From contig OY762069.1 of the NCBI GenBank assembly GCA_963665095.1, positions 5,856,001 through 5,920,000 on the forward strand: a DNA stretch of 64,000 bases, given 5' to 3'. Under the pieces are notes generated by a model. The model saw only the letters and a list, made by a program, of their open reading frames with translations, was not told the origin of the DNA and searched no databases. How positions within the stretch are numbered: position 1 is the first letter of the stretch; every line of letters starts with the position of its first letter. This DNA is from an uncultured Desulfobacter sp. (lineage in GTDB: Bacteria > Desulfobacterota > Desulfobacteria > Desulfobacterales > Desulfobacteraceae). The position numbers were made by a program, and so were the translations under genes. Shown here piece after piece: positions 30,323 to 38,982 of the stretch.

Positions 30323-31575
30323 AACAGTTGCCCTCCCTTGTAATTTGAGGGTTCAGGCATAATCCGGATATCATTTTCGTTCCAGCGGTGCCGCTTGACC
30401 CGACAGTTCACAGCAAGGTCCACCGGGGTTAACAAGCCATAAGACTTTGCTTTATAGATAACTTCAGCCTGCAAAGGGGTGTCCTCATGGTACTTTACAT
30501 CCACATGTCTGCCGATCAGCGCAACCGGGGCCTCAAACATGTTGCCGTCAAGGGTGATGGTTCGGTCCTTTGCCACCTTGCGCCGGGCGGTTTTGCGGAA
30601 GTGGTCTTTCAGATCCGGTGGGGCGGTACGGATGCACTCCATGGCCGAGGTAAATCTTTTAAACGGTGATTCGCCTGTGGAGCTGTGTTTACGCTGATGG
30701 TACTCATTATGAAGCCACTTCTCAAATGCCCCATTCAGATCATCCAGGGTCTTACCTGTAAATCTTTGCAGAAACTGAAGCCGAACCGTTCTGAACCAGC
30801 GCTCGATTTTACCTTTCCCCTGGGGCTTATATGGCCTTGCATGGATTAAAGCGATGGACAGAGACGCTGCTACATATTTTAAATGATGGGATCTGAACGC
30901 AGGACCGTTATCTACATACAGCTTGCGGGGAAGCCCACGGCTCAAAAAAGCCTGCTCCAGCACCATAAGATAGGTCTTCAGATTCTCAGATAAATAAAAA
31001 CCTGCAGCCGTAACCAGCCTGGAATGATCGTCCATAATGGCAATCAGGTACGTTTTTCTTTGCTTATCCTGAACCAGGACTGTAGGGCCGTGCATGACGT
31101 CGCTTTGCCACATATCATTGGGGTGCGGGGCTTCAAACTTTCTTCTATCCTCTGGCCGGGCCGTGTTCATTAGCCCCCGGCCGCGTAAAAAACGGTATAC
31201 ACTGGATGGACTGTATGTCTGGCATGTAGTTTTTTGAAGTGAACAGATCAATGTATCGACTGTCGCATCAGGCTGGTCTAACCGGAGTTTGATTAGTTGA
31301 GATGCAGTCTCGTCATCGAATACCCTTGATTTTCCCTGGTCTGAACGGTCTTTGGGGTAAAGAGACTCTATTCGACCGTTATACTGCCGGACCCATCCCA
31401 GAATCGTACTTCTGGAAAGCCTGGTCCTTCCAGAATACGGGATGGACCATTTGCGGGCGCACTTCTGCTGTAAAATTCGTTCTTTTTCACCGTAATCAAA
31501 ATTTGTTCCGGTCACAAATTCACAAATGACCCCAAACCTGAACACGGCAACCTCTTTTTTCTGATTTTCTGTCAT
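30319..31575 (-). CDS. DDE-type integrase/transposase (rve, Mu-like C-terminus)
   Basis: WQSDVMHG, MDDHSR, YVDNGPAF, PQGKGKIERWFRTV, YHQRKHSSTG. Confidence 0.93.
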   Translation of the reverse strand: MTENQKKEVAVFRFGVICEFVTGTNFDYGEKERILQQKCARKWSIPYSGRTRLSRSTILGWVRQYNGRIESLYPKDRSDQGKSRVFDDETASQLIKLRLDQPDATVDTLICSLQKTTCQTYSPSSVYRFLRGRGLMNTARPEDRRKFEAPHPNDMWQSDVMHGPTVLVQDKQRKTYLIAIMDDHSRLVTAAGFYLSENLKTYLMVLEQAFLSRGLPRKLYVDNGPAFRSHHLKYVAASLSIALIHARPYKPQGKGKIERWFRTVRLQFLQRFTGKTLDDLNGAFEKWLHNEYHQRKHSSTGESPFKRFTSAMECIRTAPPDLKDHFRKTARRKVAKDRTITLDGNMFEAPVALIGRHVDVKYHEDTPLQAEVIYKAKSYGLLTPVDLAVNCRVKRHRWNENDIRIMPEPSNYKGGQLL

Positions 31576-31678
31576 ACTTCCTCCTTAAAATTTGGTTCTA
31601 AGGGCTTGTATGACAGTATGATCCTTCGGTAAATCACAGCCTTCGGTAGGGTGGTTTAACCCTGATCCAGCCCCATGG

Positions 31679-32125
31679 TTAAATTGAACTGGTAACCGGG
31701 ATTTTACCCATACCGATTAGCTTGATAAAACCAGCAACCACACCTTTGTCCCAACTGTTGGACAGGTAGGCCGCTATATTTCGTTTCAATGCAGTAAACC
31801 AAAAATGCTGTCGACTCCAGGAGAGTTCCGGCAGATACCGGTCTGTGTATAGACGACTCATAATGCTGGTAAGGATTTGCCAGATACTGGCCTGGAACCT
31901 CTTGAAAAAACCATATGGCTTCAATTTGAATACGGTTTTGCAATAGGGGCAGCGATATCGCTTCAAATACACCCCTTGATCAAATCCATCAAAAAAGGAG
32001 AGTACAAAGCCGTGTCCCCACAGCCTGGAGTCGTTGCAATGTGGACATCGTGACGGTTTTGGCCATGTAAAATTTTTGCCCTGCTTGAAAATTTGCTTGA
32101 TATCAGCTTTGACCTTTATTATCAT
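31679..32125 (-). CDS. Zn-ribbon accessory protein of the transposon (DUF6431-like)
   Basis: CPHC..LWGHG..RYRCPYC; first gene inside the element. Confidence 0.72.
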   Translation of the reverse strand: MIIKVKADIKQIFKQGKNFTWPKPSRCPHCNDSRLWGHGFVLSFFDGFDQGVYLKRYRCPYCKTVFKLKPYGFFKRFQASIWQILTSIMSRLYTDRYLPELSWSRQHFWFTALKRNIAAYLSNSWDKGVVAGFIKLIGMGKIPVTSSI

Positions 32126-33246
32126 TTTTATGGTTGTTTTGGGATTTTATAAATCCCGGTCTTAAGGGCGAGGCTCTGCAAAGCTTTTCGCCCTTTTCAT
32201 TTTTGTCAGAATGCTTTGATCAGAACCTGTACAGGATAATTTGAGAAAAATGGAACTTTGTCAATTTAATATGAAAAATTTGGCGGGTTTTTGTTCAGAT
32301 TATTTCGGGAATCTACAGTCACGAACAGGCCAAACAATGTTGCGTGGGCTACATAAAACAGGTAGACCCTTTCCCTGAGTGAAAAAAACAGGAATAGGTT
32401 GTATAAAAGCAGCGCCCCTAAGGCTCCCAGATAGAGGCTGTTCAAAATGTTCTGCAGACGATCCTGCCGGTGGAACTGATTTTTACTGGAGACTGTAATC
32501 CCAGACGTGGTCAGGTTGTATTCGGAATTTACCATCATATAGATGGTCTTGGTTTGACCCGGCTGAAGTTTCAACTCGAACATGGGAAGCCGACTGTCGA
32601 CCTGTCGTTGCGATATAGGCACCACAAGACCGTTATGTTGTTGTTGCCAGACGCCGTTCTCCCGGGTGAAGAGGTCGGCATTCTGCATGTGAACTTCATC
32701 AAACCCGACAATGCGTATCACCGGTTTGTCTGTCCCATTTGCAAGACGGAAGCCCAACCAGATATTGGCACGCTCGGCAGGTATGACAAACCGCGAAGGG
32801 TGTATACGATCCTGGACAGGTAGAGCTGCCACTTGGTCGATGGTCAACGAACTGGTTTCATCCATTGTAATAAATACTGGAAAATCGACCAATGTTCGAG
32901 ACAGCTCGCCCACCTGATAAACCGGCAGCTGTGCCTGGGAGGCCACAGGTAGGACAAAAAGCACAACACTCAGAATAAAAAGATATCGTGTGCATCGACG
33001 CATGGTGTCATTACTCCTCTGGATTTATATTAAGAGACTGTTTTTGAATCGCCCGGACGGTCCGGGTTGGCCAGCCAACTCACCCTTGGCCGTTTTTCAC
33101 AGTAAGCATTTTTTTGCTCCTGATAACCAGTATCTTTATCTCTTACCATTGGGAGAAGTCAGTTTCAAAGATTTATTGCTATCACTGATATGCGTAGGTC
33201 TCTTATCTCTAAGAATCCAAGCCCGATTTATTTGAGTTGAGTCGTG

Positions 33247-33430
33247 TCCAAAAACAACCGGAATCACAGGGATAGTCCGGGGTGGTCTTCCATACAAAAA
33301 ATGGACCTTGTTTTAGAGGTAGTCTTCACCTCTGACCCTTGATTTGATCCTCCAGATTCTCGATCCAAGTCACCAATAACAAAAGCAGTGACCGCCGCCT
33401 CAAAATTGGCTTAGGAGTTTTTAAATACCA
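33247..33430 (+). repeat. Cassette-boundary repeat, copy D (64-bp core 33266..33329 plus ~100 bp extension)
   Basis: Aligns without gaps to 34157..34321; the core also aligns to 27985..28048. Confidence 0.9.
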
Positions 33431-33545
33431 AAAGTTAACAGTGTTGAGGCTAAGAAAGTATAAGCCTTTGGATTGACAGTTTTTTTATGATATACATGAA
33501 TATATTGGCAAAAATAATCAGAACAGAGTCAAAGAGAGTAATTCA

Positions 33546-33878
33546 ATGAAACTGCCAAATGCAGAAAATGCCATAATTGATAAAGACAAAATTGAAAATT
33601 ATTGTCTTAACCTTGAACACCCTCGTGGTAAACACAAAGCAAGGGTTTTCATCAGTGTTCTTGGATTGACGGTAAAAGATTCTGAATACTTGATAGGCCG
33701 AATAAAAACAATGATAATAAAAGTAGATTGCCTAAAAGGTGAACAGGATCAATATGGTCAACGCTACACAGCCGATATCGAAATTAAATATGAATCGAAA
33801 AAAGCTGTTGTACGCACAAGTTGGATTATTAAACGAAATGAATCAAACCCAAGACTAACAACTTGTTACGTCAAATAA
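33546..33878 (+). CDS. DUF6883-like putative toxin/nuclease
   Basis: LPNAENAII..KIENYCLNLEHPRGKHKARVF..YGQRY..PRLTTCYV. Confidence 0.75.
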   Translation: MKLPNAENAIIDKDKIENYCLNLEHPRGKHKARVFISVLGLTVKDSEYLIGRIKTMIIKVDCLKGEQDQYGQRYTADIEIKYESKKAVVRTSWIIKRNESNPRLTTCYVK

Positions 33879-33892
33879 AGGCAGGTAGAATA

Positions 33893-34108
33893 ATGAAAAA
33901 TAATATAAAAATTTATGATGTTGTAGCACTTGTTGAGAATTTATCTAAACGAGGGCTGGTGATTGGGCAAGTCGGCACGGTTGTTGAAATCCTTGATGAT
34001 GGTGTTTTTGAAGTAGAATTTTGTGATAATGACGGAAGGACTTATGAATGTCTGGCATTACGATCCGATCAATTGATGCCTCTTCATTATTCTCCTGTAG
34101 CTGCTTGA
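33893..34108 (+). CDS. DUF4926-like putative immunity/antitoxin protein
   Basis: YDVVAL..GLVIGQVGTVVE..FEVEFCDNDGRTY. Confidence 0.78.
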   Translation: MKNNIKIYDVVALVENLSKRGLVIGQVGTVVEILDDGVFEVEFCDNDGRTYECLALRSDQLMPLHYSPVAA

Positions 34109-34156
34109 TTTTGATGGCAAGGCTATATCTAAAGAATCGGTCAAGTCTATTTCAAA

Positions 34157-34321
34157 ACAGGGATAGCCAGAGGTTGTCCTCCATAGAAAAAACGGATCTT
34201 GTTTTAGAGGTAGTTTTCACCTTAGTTCCTTGATTTGATCATCCAGATTTTCGATCCAAGTCACTAATAACAAAAGTAGCGAACGCCGATTCAAGATAGG
34301 CTTGGGAGTTCATAAATACCA
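34157..34321 (+). repeat. Cassette-boundary repeat, copy E (core plus extension)
   Basis: Direct repeat of 33266..33430. Confidence 0.9.
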
Positions 34322-34602
34322 TAAATCAACTCCTTGGAATTACTAATTTTGCTCAACGATATCACGAGAATACATGTATTCTAAAATCGATACAAAATGT
34401 TTGATTCTAAAACTAAAAAAAACGATCTCCACCGTTTTTTCTTTTCATTTCTATCAAAATAAATTGTCGGTATTGTTCATAAACAAACAAAAATTGAAAG
34501 CGTTCGTTTTGACTTTATAGATGGCTCTTAAAATCAATTGACACGGCAGAAATCAATGACAATATACATTGAATTTATGTAATTAAAGAGTACAATTTAA
34601 AA

Positions 34603-35100
34603 TTACATCACGTACGATGAACTTCCCAAAAAGCCATTATATGTGATTTCAAAGCTATCTTTCTTGTAATAGCCTGATAGTTTAGATCTTTTTTGGAATC
34701 CGAAATGATCAAACAATCTTTTAAATTGATACTCACGTGCTGAAGACACAGTGATGAGAGGCTTCTCGGTGTCAAGGATAGCAAATGAATTTTTTATTAG
34801 GTCCTTACCGATCCCTTGATTTTGGAACTTATCCATGACACGGAGAGTACAGATTTTCTTTTCATTCGTCGTGTTTTTTAAAATTGCAAGGCCTGATATA
34901 TAGTCATCTGAAACCGTAAAAAGAATCTCCCTCATACCGATTGCTACGTCATTAATCACCTTTTTATAGTACCAATCAAAAAATAGTGGGTATTCCTGCT
35001 CAAGTTGTGAAATAGTCTGATAAATCGAATCACAAAAGAAATTAAAGAGAGGCTTGCTATGAATTACACTTGATATTTTTATCAATTTAATATTTTCCAT
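34603..35100 (-). CDS. GNAT-family acetyltransferase
   Basis: KICTLRVMDKFQNQGIGKDL (motif A), LFDHFGF; 1-nt overlap with the upstream stop. Confidence 0.88.
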   Translation of the reverse strand: MENIKLIKISSVIHSKPLFNFFCDSIYQTISQLEQEYPLFFDWYYKKVINDVAIGMREILFTVSDDYISGLAILKNTTNEKKICTLRVMDKFQNQGIGKDLIKNSFAILDTEKPLITVSSAREYQFKRLFDHFGFQKRSKLSGYYKKDSFEITYNGFLGSSSYVM

Positions 35101-36215
35101 TATTCCCCTCCTACTGGTGACGTTACCATTGCTCGGGATTTATTAACAGTCTTTTTTCCATTTTTCTGTGGTGCGTGCTCTTTATTGTCTTTTCTTACGT
35201 TTTCGACCGTCGCGGGTTCATCTTGAATGCCTTTCAGGATATATGAAGAAGCCAAATTGAAACAGATACTCATAAATCCGATAATTGCAACATATAAACA
35301 GATCGTTTTAAAATTCGATCTATGGTATTTCATCTTCACCAATGTATTGAAAGAGTCTATTGGTTTTGCATCTTCAACATTTTTAACCTTTTCGGACCAA
35401 TGATAAGCGATGATATTTTCTAAATTATATTCTTCACCGATATACCTCATCCAAAGCTCAGGTTCCAAAGTCCGGCATGTAAAATTAATATGCTGAGACT
35501 CAAAATCTTCTGTGGCATCACGCATCAGTAGAAAGTGGATTTTTTGTATTTTAAATTCATTATTTTCACCAATATGTTCGGCCAAACTATGGTGATAGTT
35601 TCTTTTTTCATTTACCCTGAAATCTATTGTTTCCGTTTCCGTGAAGGCACTTTGGAAAAACCAATTCCTTGGCTCATGGTTGCGCTTAAAATTCGATAAT
35701 ACATCTCCTTTCAATCGAAACCGAAAATAATATTTCGAACAATGATTTCCATTATTTATTGAAGTTAGATCTATAGATAGTTTGGTCCCACCGTATACAT
35801 CTACAATTGAAATATCATTCGAATTTTCTAAAAAATCAATTGCATAAATATTAAAAAGCGTTTCATTGGAACTATTTTGAACACTACGCTGTTTGACCAC
35901 ATTACCATCATGAATATGATAATTTTCATTAAAAATCGATTTTGTTAATTCATGGTTGTCTATTAATTTAGTACCTATGTCTTCAATGTCATTTCGACTG
36001 ATTTTAAATGGGAAATGTATATTTAAGCTTGCAATACTGCTGATATTTTCTATCTTGAAACCGAAATCCAGAAAATATCTCTTTTGAGAAAAAAATAACC
36101 CTTTAAAGAAATGACCTTTTTTCGATAGTTTCCAAAAGTTTATGTGTAGATCCAGCTTTATGTCGTCATTTACATTATTGTCTTTGCGATCGAACCAAGT
36201 TGCTATTGTTTTCAT
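35100..36215 (-). CDS. Uncharacterised beta-rich protein with C-terminal transmembrane helix
   Basis: 371-aa ORF coupled to both neighbours; hydrophobic ICLYVAIIGFMSICFNLASSYI near the C-terminus. Confidence 0.8.
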   Translation of the reverse strand: MKTIATWFDRKDNNVNDDIKLDLHINFWKLSKKGHFFKGLFFSQKRYFLDFGFKIENISSIASLNIHFPFKISRNDIEDIGTKLIDNHELTKSIFNENYHIHDGNVVKQRSVQNSSNETLFNIYAIDFLENSNDISIVDVYGGTKLSIDLTSINNGNHCSKYYFRFRLKGDVLSNFKRNHEPRNWFFQSAFTETETIDFRVNEKRNYHHSLAEHIGENNEFKIQKIHFLLMRDATEDFESQHINFTCRTLEPELWMRYIGEEYNLENIIAYHWSEKVKNVEDAKPIDSFNTLVKMKYHRSNFKTICLYVAIIGFMSICFNLASSYILKGIQDEPATVENVRKDNKEHAPQKNGKKTVNKSRAMVTSPVGGE

Positions 36216-36598
36216 AAGATTAATCCAGATTCAAGATATTTGAATGATTGAGGAGGACAGAAGCTTTTATTCATTTTATAAGGATTTATTGCCTTCTGAA
36301 ATATCGTTAACTGATTAATTTTTAATGCATATCCAATACTTATTCCATTGAAATAGTTTTGAAACTCAATTTGAGTAATCCCTGCCTCTTTTTTCGTCTC
36401 TTCCCACAATTGTCCCGGATTCTTTGATAAGTATCCCCCATAGATAAAAAAGCCAACTATTTTTTTCTCGGGAGAAGAAGAATAAATGTAGATTCTATCA
36501 ACTTCACGTTTAAAAATTCTCTTCCGATATTCGAATTTCTTTTCGCCAGTTAGAATTTTTTGTACATAAATGGGCTTTATTGATATTAGAACATCCAT
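36212..36598 (-). CDS. ASCH-domain protein
   Basis: LISIKP..ILTGEKKFEYRK (GxKxxExR), IYSSSP, PPQSFKYL. Confidence 0.9.
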   Translation of the reverse strand: MDVLISIKPIYVQKILTGEKKFEYRKRIFKREVDRIYIYSSSPEKKIVGFFIYGGYLSKNPGQLWEETKKEAGITQIEFQNYFNGISIGYALKINQLTIFQKAINPYKMNKSFCPPQSFKYLESGLIL

Positions 36599-37320
36599 AA
36601 AATTCAATTACCATAACTAAAGGAAATCTACAATTTTAATACCCAAATAGCATGTGTGAAAAATATGATACACTATGGTCACAGACGGTAATAGATGAAT
36701 ACAAAGCCTTTTGAAAACATTGAAAAAAGCTTGATATCGCATTGGGGCTTTCCGTTCTCTCTCATCGGAAACCATTATAGGTATGGATTTACCGGTATCC
36801 GGTCAAGACGAATTATCTGATACATAAAATTCTGAATGCGAGAATTGTTAAAAATACCGGTTTGAATTTTTGACAATATCGGATGCAAAATGAGGTGAAT
36901 AATTAGGAATCAAGGACCCCACAATCTGTCTATTTAGGCTCGCCAAGACATACTTCAAAGCAGCGCTCAATAACAGAAGCATTGTGGGGGATCGGTCATT
37001 TCAAATTCTCCACTGTGGACTATGTCAAAATGATACCCCACCGATAGTGGCTTCAAAACCCAGGACTATTATTAATATTGGACACTCCGAGATTACATGT
37101 TTAAAGGTTTTTTAAGTAGGGTCTGGGTTTATGCCCTATACCCATCTTCTTCCCTTTCATGGGCTTTCCTCAAAAAATCGTAAGATACGTTTTCACCTTA
37201 ACGCACATTGCATTTTCATATATATAAACGCCTTTTTTCATAACATCCGGCTGTGATTTGTGTCTTGGGTTGCCGTAAAAATATCCGGTCGGTTTTGTAT
37301 CCCCGGATTAGCCGATCAGG

Positions 37321-37404
37321 GGGCTGTGTACAATTGGTTACAAATGGGTACATAAAGCAGACAGACCCCTGATTTAAAATCCTTTACTATCCGACCATTG
37401 ATTT
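37321..37404 (+). promoter_or_regulatory. RND operon promoter with three TACA repeats at 10-bp spacing
   Basis: TACA at 37329, 37339 and 37349, then ACAGACCCC..TTACTATCCGACCATTGATTT; homologous to 22581..22662. Confidence 0.7.
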
Positions 37405-37503
37405 TAAAAAAAGCAACAAAAGAGATAGATGGTGGGATGGTTAAACAGGCAGGCTTTTCTCCCGGAGATGATGTTTAATGAGTTGACAATTTGGGGGTGA
37501 GCA

Positions 37504-38910
37504 ATGGGCAGGATGAAAAGCACGATACATAAAATACGATTACTCTTCGGGCTGGGGATTATTATTCCGGCATTGTGGCTCCAGGGCTGCGCTTCAACTT
37601 TCTCCAAGGCTCCGGCTGTGCTTCCCCGGGATATTCCCGGCACATTCGGCACATCTTCTGGCCCGGATGCCCTGCCCATTACCGCAGGGCTTCTGGACAT
37701 CATTGATTCCAACAAACTTCGCAGCCTGGTGGACGAAGCCCTGGAAAACAACCCGGATATAAAAGCTGCGGCATTCCGGCTTGGGTCCGCACGGTATCTG
37801 CTTTCAGGCCCTGCATCCCAACGATTGCCAAAGCTTTCCGCAGGATTTTCCAGTGGAAAAAGCAACCAGGAGTACAATTACACCACATTTGAACGCGACA
37901 CCCAGACCACCCATAAAATTACAGCCAATGTGAGCTGGGAAATCGATCTGTGGGGCCGGCTGGCTGACCAATACCAGGCCGCAAACCAAGAGGTCCAGGC
38001 CAAGGAGCAGGATTTTCAAAAGGCCCGGGATCTTCTGGCTGCCCGGGTGATCCAGGCATGGATACGGCAGGTGTCGGCCCGCCGGGCAAAAGCCATTGAA
38101 ACACAGCGTATTTCGGTTTTACAGCAGATTGAAGATATTTTGATCCACCGGTACCAGGACGGCATCGGCAGCCTGGACGAATATGCCGCAGCCAGAACCC
38201 GGACCCAGGTGGCCAAAGCAGATCTAAGCGCCAGAGAGGCAGATCTTGCCAATTCCATTCGCTCCCTTGAAGTCCTTCTTGGCCGATATCCACAGGGACA
38301 ATTGTCCCGGGGCCGGGACTGGCCCGCCCTTGCCCTGCCGGCGCTGGATACGCCGGCAGCGGTTCTTTTAAACCGGCCGGATATCCGGGCAGGCCTTGCC
38401 CGGGTTGACGCAGCCCGACATCAGGCCCGGGCTGCAGACAAGGCCAGGCTTCCCGGGGTCACCCTGTCCGGCGAACTGTTCCGGTCCGGGACTCGGCTGT
38501 CGGATATCGGCAGTGCCACAACCTATTGGGGACTTTTAGGATCTGTGTTCCAGCCGCTGTTTGAGGGTGGACGCCTGCGGGATGAAGCCCGGGCCGGTCA
38601 CCTTGAGGCGGATGCCGCCATCCAGGACCTTCATGCCATTGTGCTCCAGGCATTTGCCGAAATAGAAAATGCACTCACCCTGGAAAAGGAACTGGCAAAT
38701 CAGACAAAGGCCCTTGAAATCGCTTTCATTGAGTCTGAAAACAGCAGCCGTTACTTTGTGGACCGGTATCGCCAGGGCCTGGACAATATCCAGACACTGC
38801 TCATTGCCAAAGAGCAGGAGATCACCGTGAAACTGCAACTGAACCAGGCCCGGGCCGACCGGCTGAGCAACCGGGTGGATCTGGCAATCGCCATAGGCAA
38901 AAGCATTTGA
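37504..38910 (+). CDS. RND efflux outer membrane factor (NodT/TolC-family lipoprotein)
   Basis: Lipobox LQGC, ALENNPDI, SWEIDLWG, RPDIRA. Confidence 0.92.
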   Translation: MGRMKSTIHKIRLLFGLGIIIPALWLQGCASTFSKAPAVLPRDIPGTFGTSSGPDALPITAGLLDIIDSNKLRSLVDEALENNPDIKAAAFRLGSARYLLSGPASQRLPKLSAGFSSGKSNQEYNYTTFERDTQTTHKITANVSWEIDLWGRLADQYQAANQEVQAKEQDFQKARDLLAARVIQAWIRQVSARRAKAIETQRISVLQQIEDILIHRYQDGIGSLDEYAAARTRTQVAKADLSAREADLANSIRSLEVLLGRYPQGQLSRGRDWPALALPALDTPAAVLLNRPDIRAGLARVDAARHQARAADKARLPGVTLSGELFRSGTRLSDIGSATTYWGLLGSVFQPLFEGGRLRDEARAGHLEADAAIQDLHAIVLQAFAEIENALTLEKELANQTKALEIAFIESENSSRYFVDRYRQGLDNIQTLLIAKEQEITVKLQLNQARADRLSNRVDLAIAIGKSI

Positions 38911-38982
38911 ACCCGGACTTACCCGGCTGCGGCGTTGCTGTAAAAATTTGACAAAAGCTGATTGTTTACAAGGAGTTTATAT

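Larger units (their letters stand above)
29220..32317 (-). mobile_element. 3.1 kb three-gene DDE transposon with TG...CA ends and 5-bp target site duplication
   Basis: GTCAC at 29215-29219 and 32318-32322; imperfect terminal repeats TGTTGAGTCGC / TGTAGATTCCC. Confidence 0.92.
28104..33003 (-). pseudogene. 7TM-DISM sensor diguanylate cyclase split by a transposon (N-part 32318..33003, C-part 28104..29219)
   Basis: Periplasmic DISMED2-like domain and LLYNLFLF in the N-part; DGLTGLPNRR, DIDHFK and RYGGEEF in the C-part. Removing the insert and one GTCAC copy restores LFVT-SYSG in frame. Confidence 0.9.

Noticed and set aside
24001..34321. CRISPR array or integron attC array
   Set aside because: The repeats are kilobases apart, not palindromic in the attC manner, and lack RYYYAAC/GTTRRRY ends; there is no cas or intI gene.
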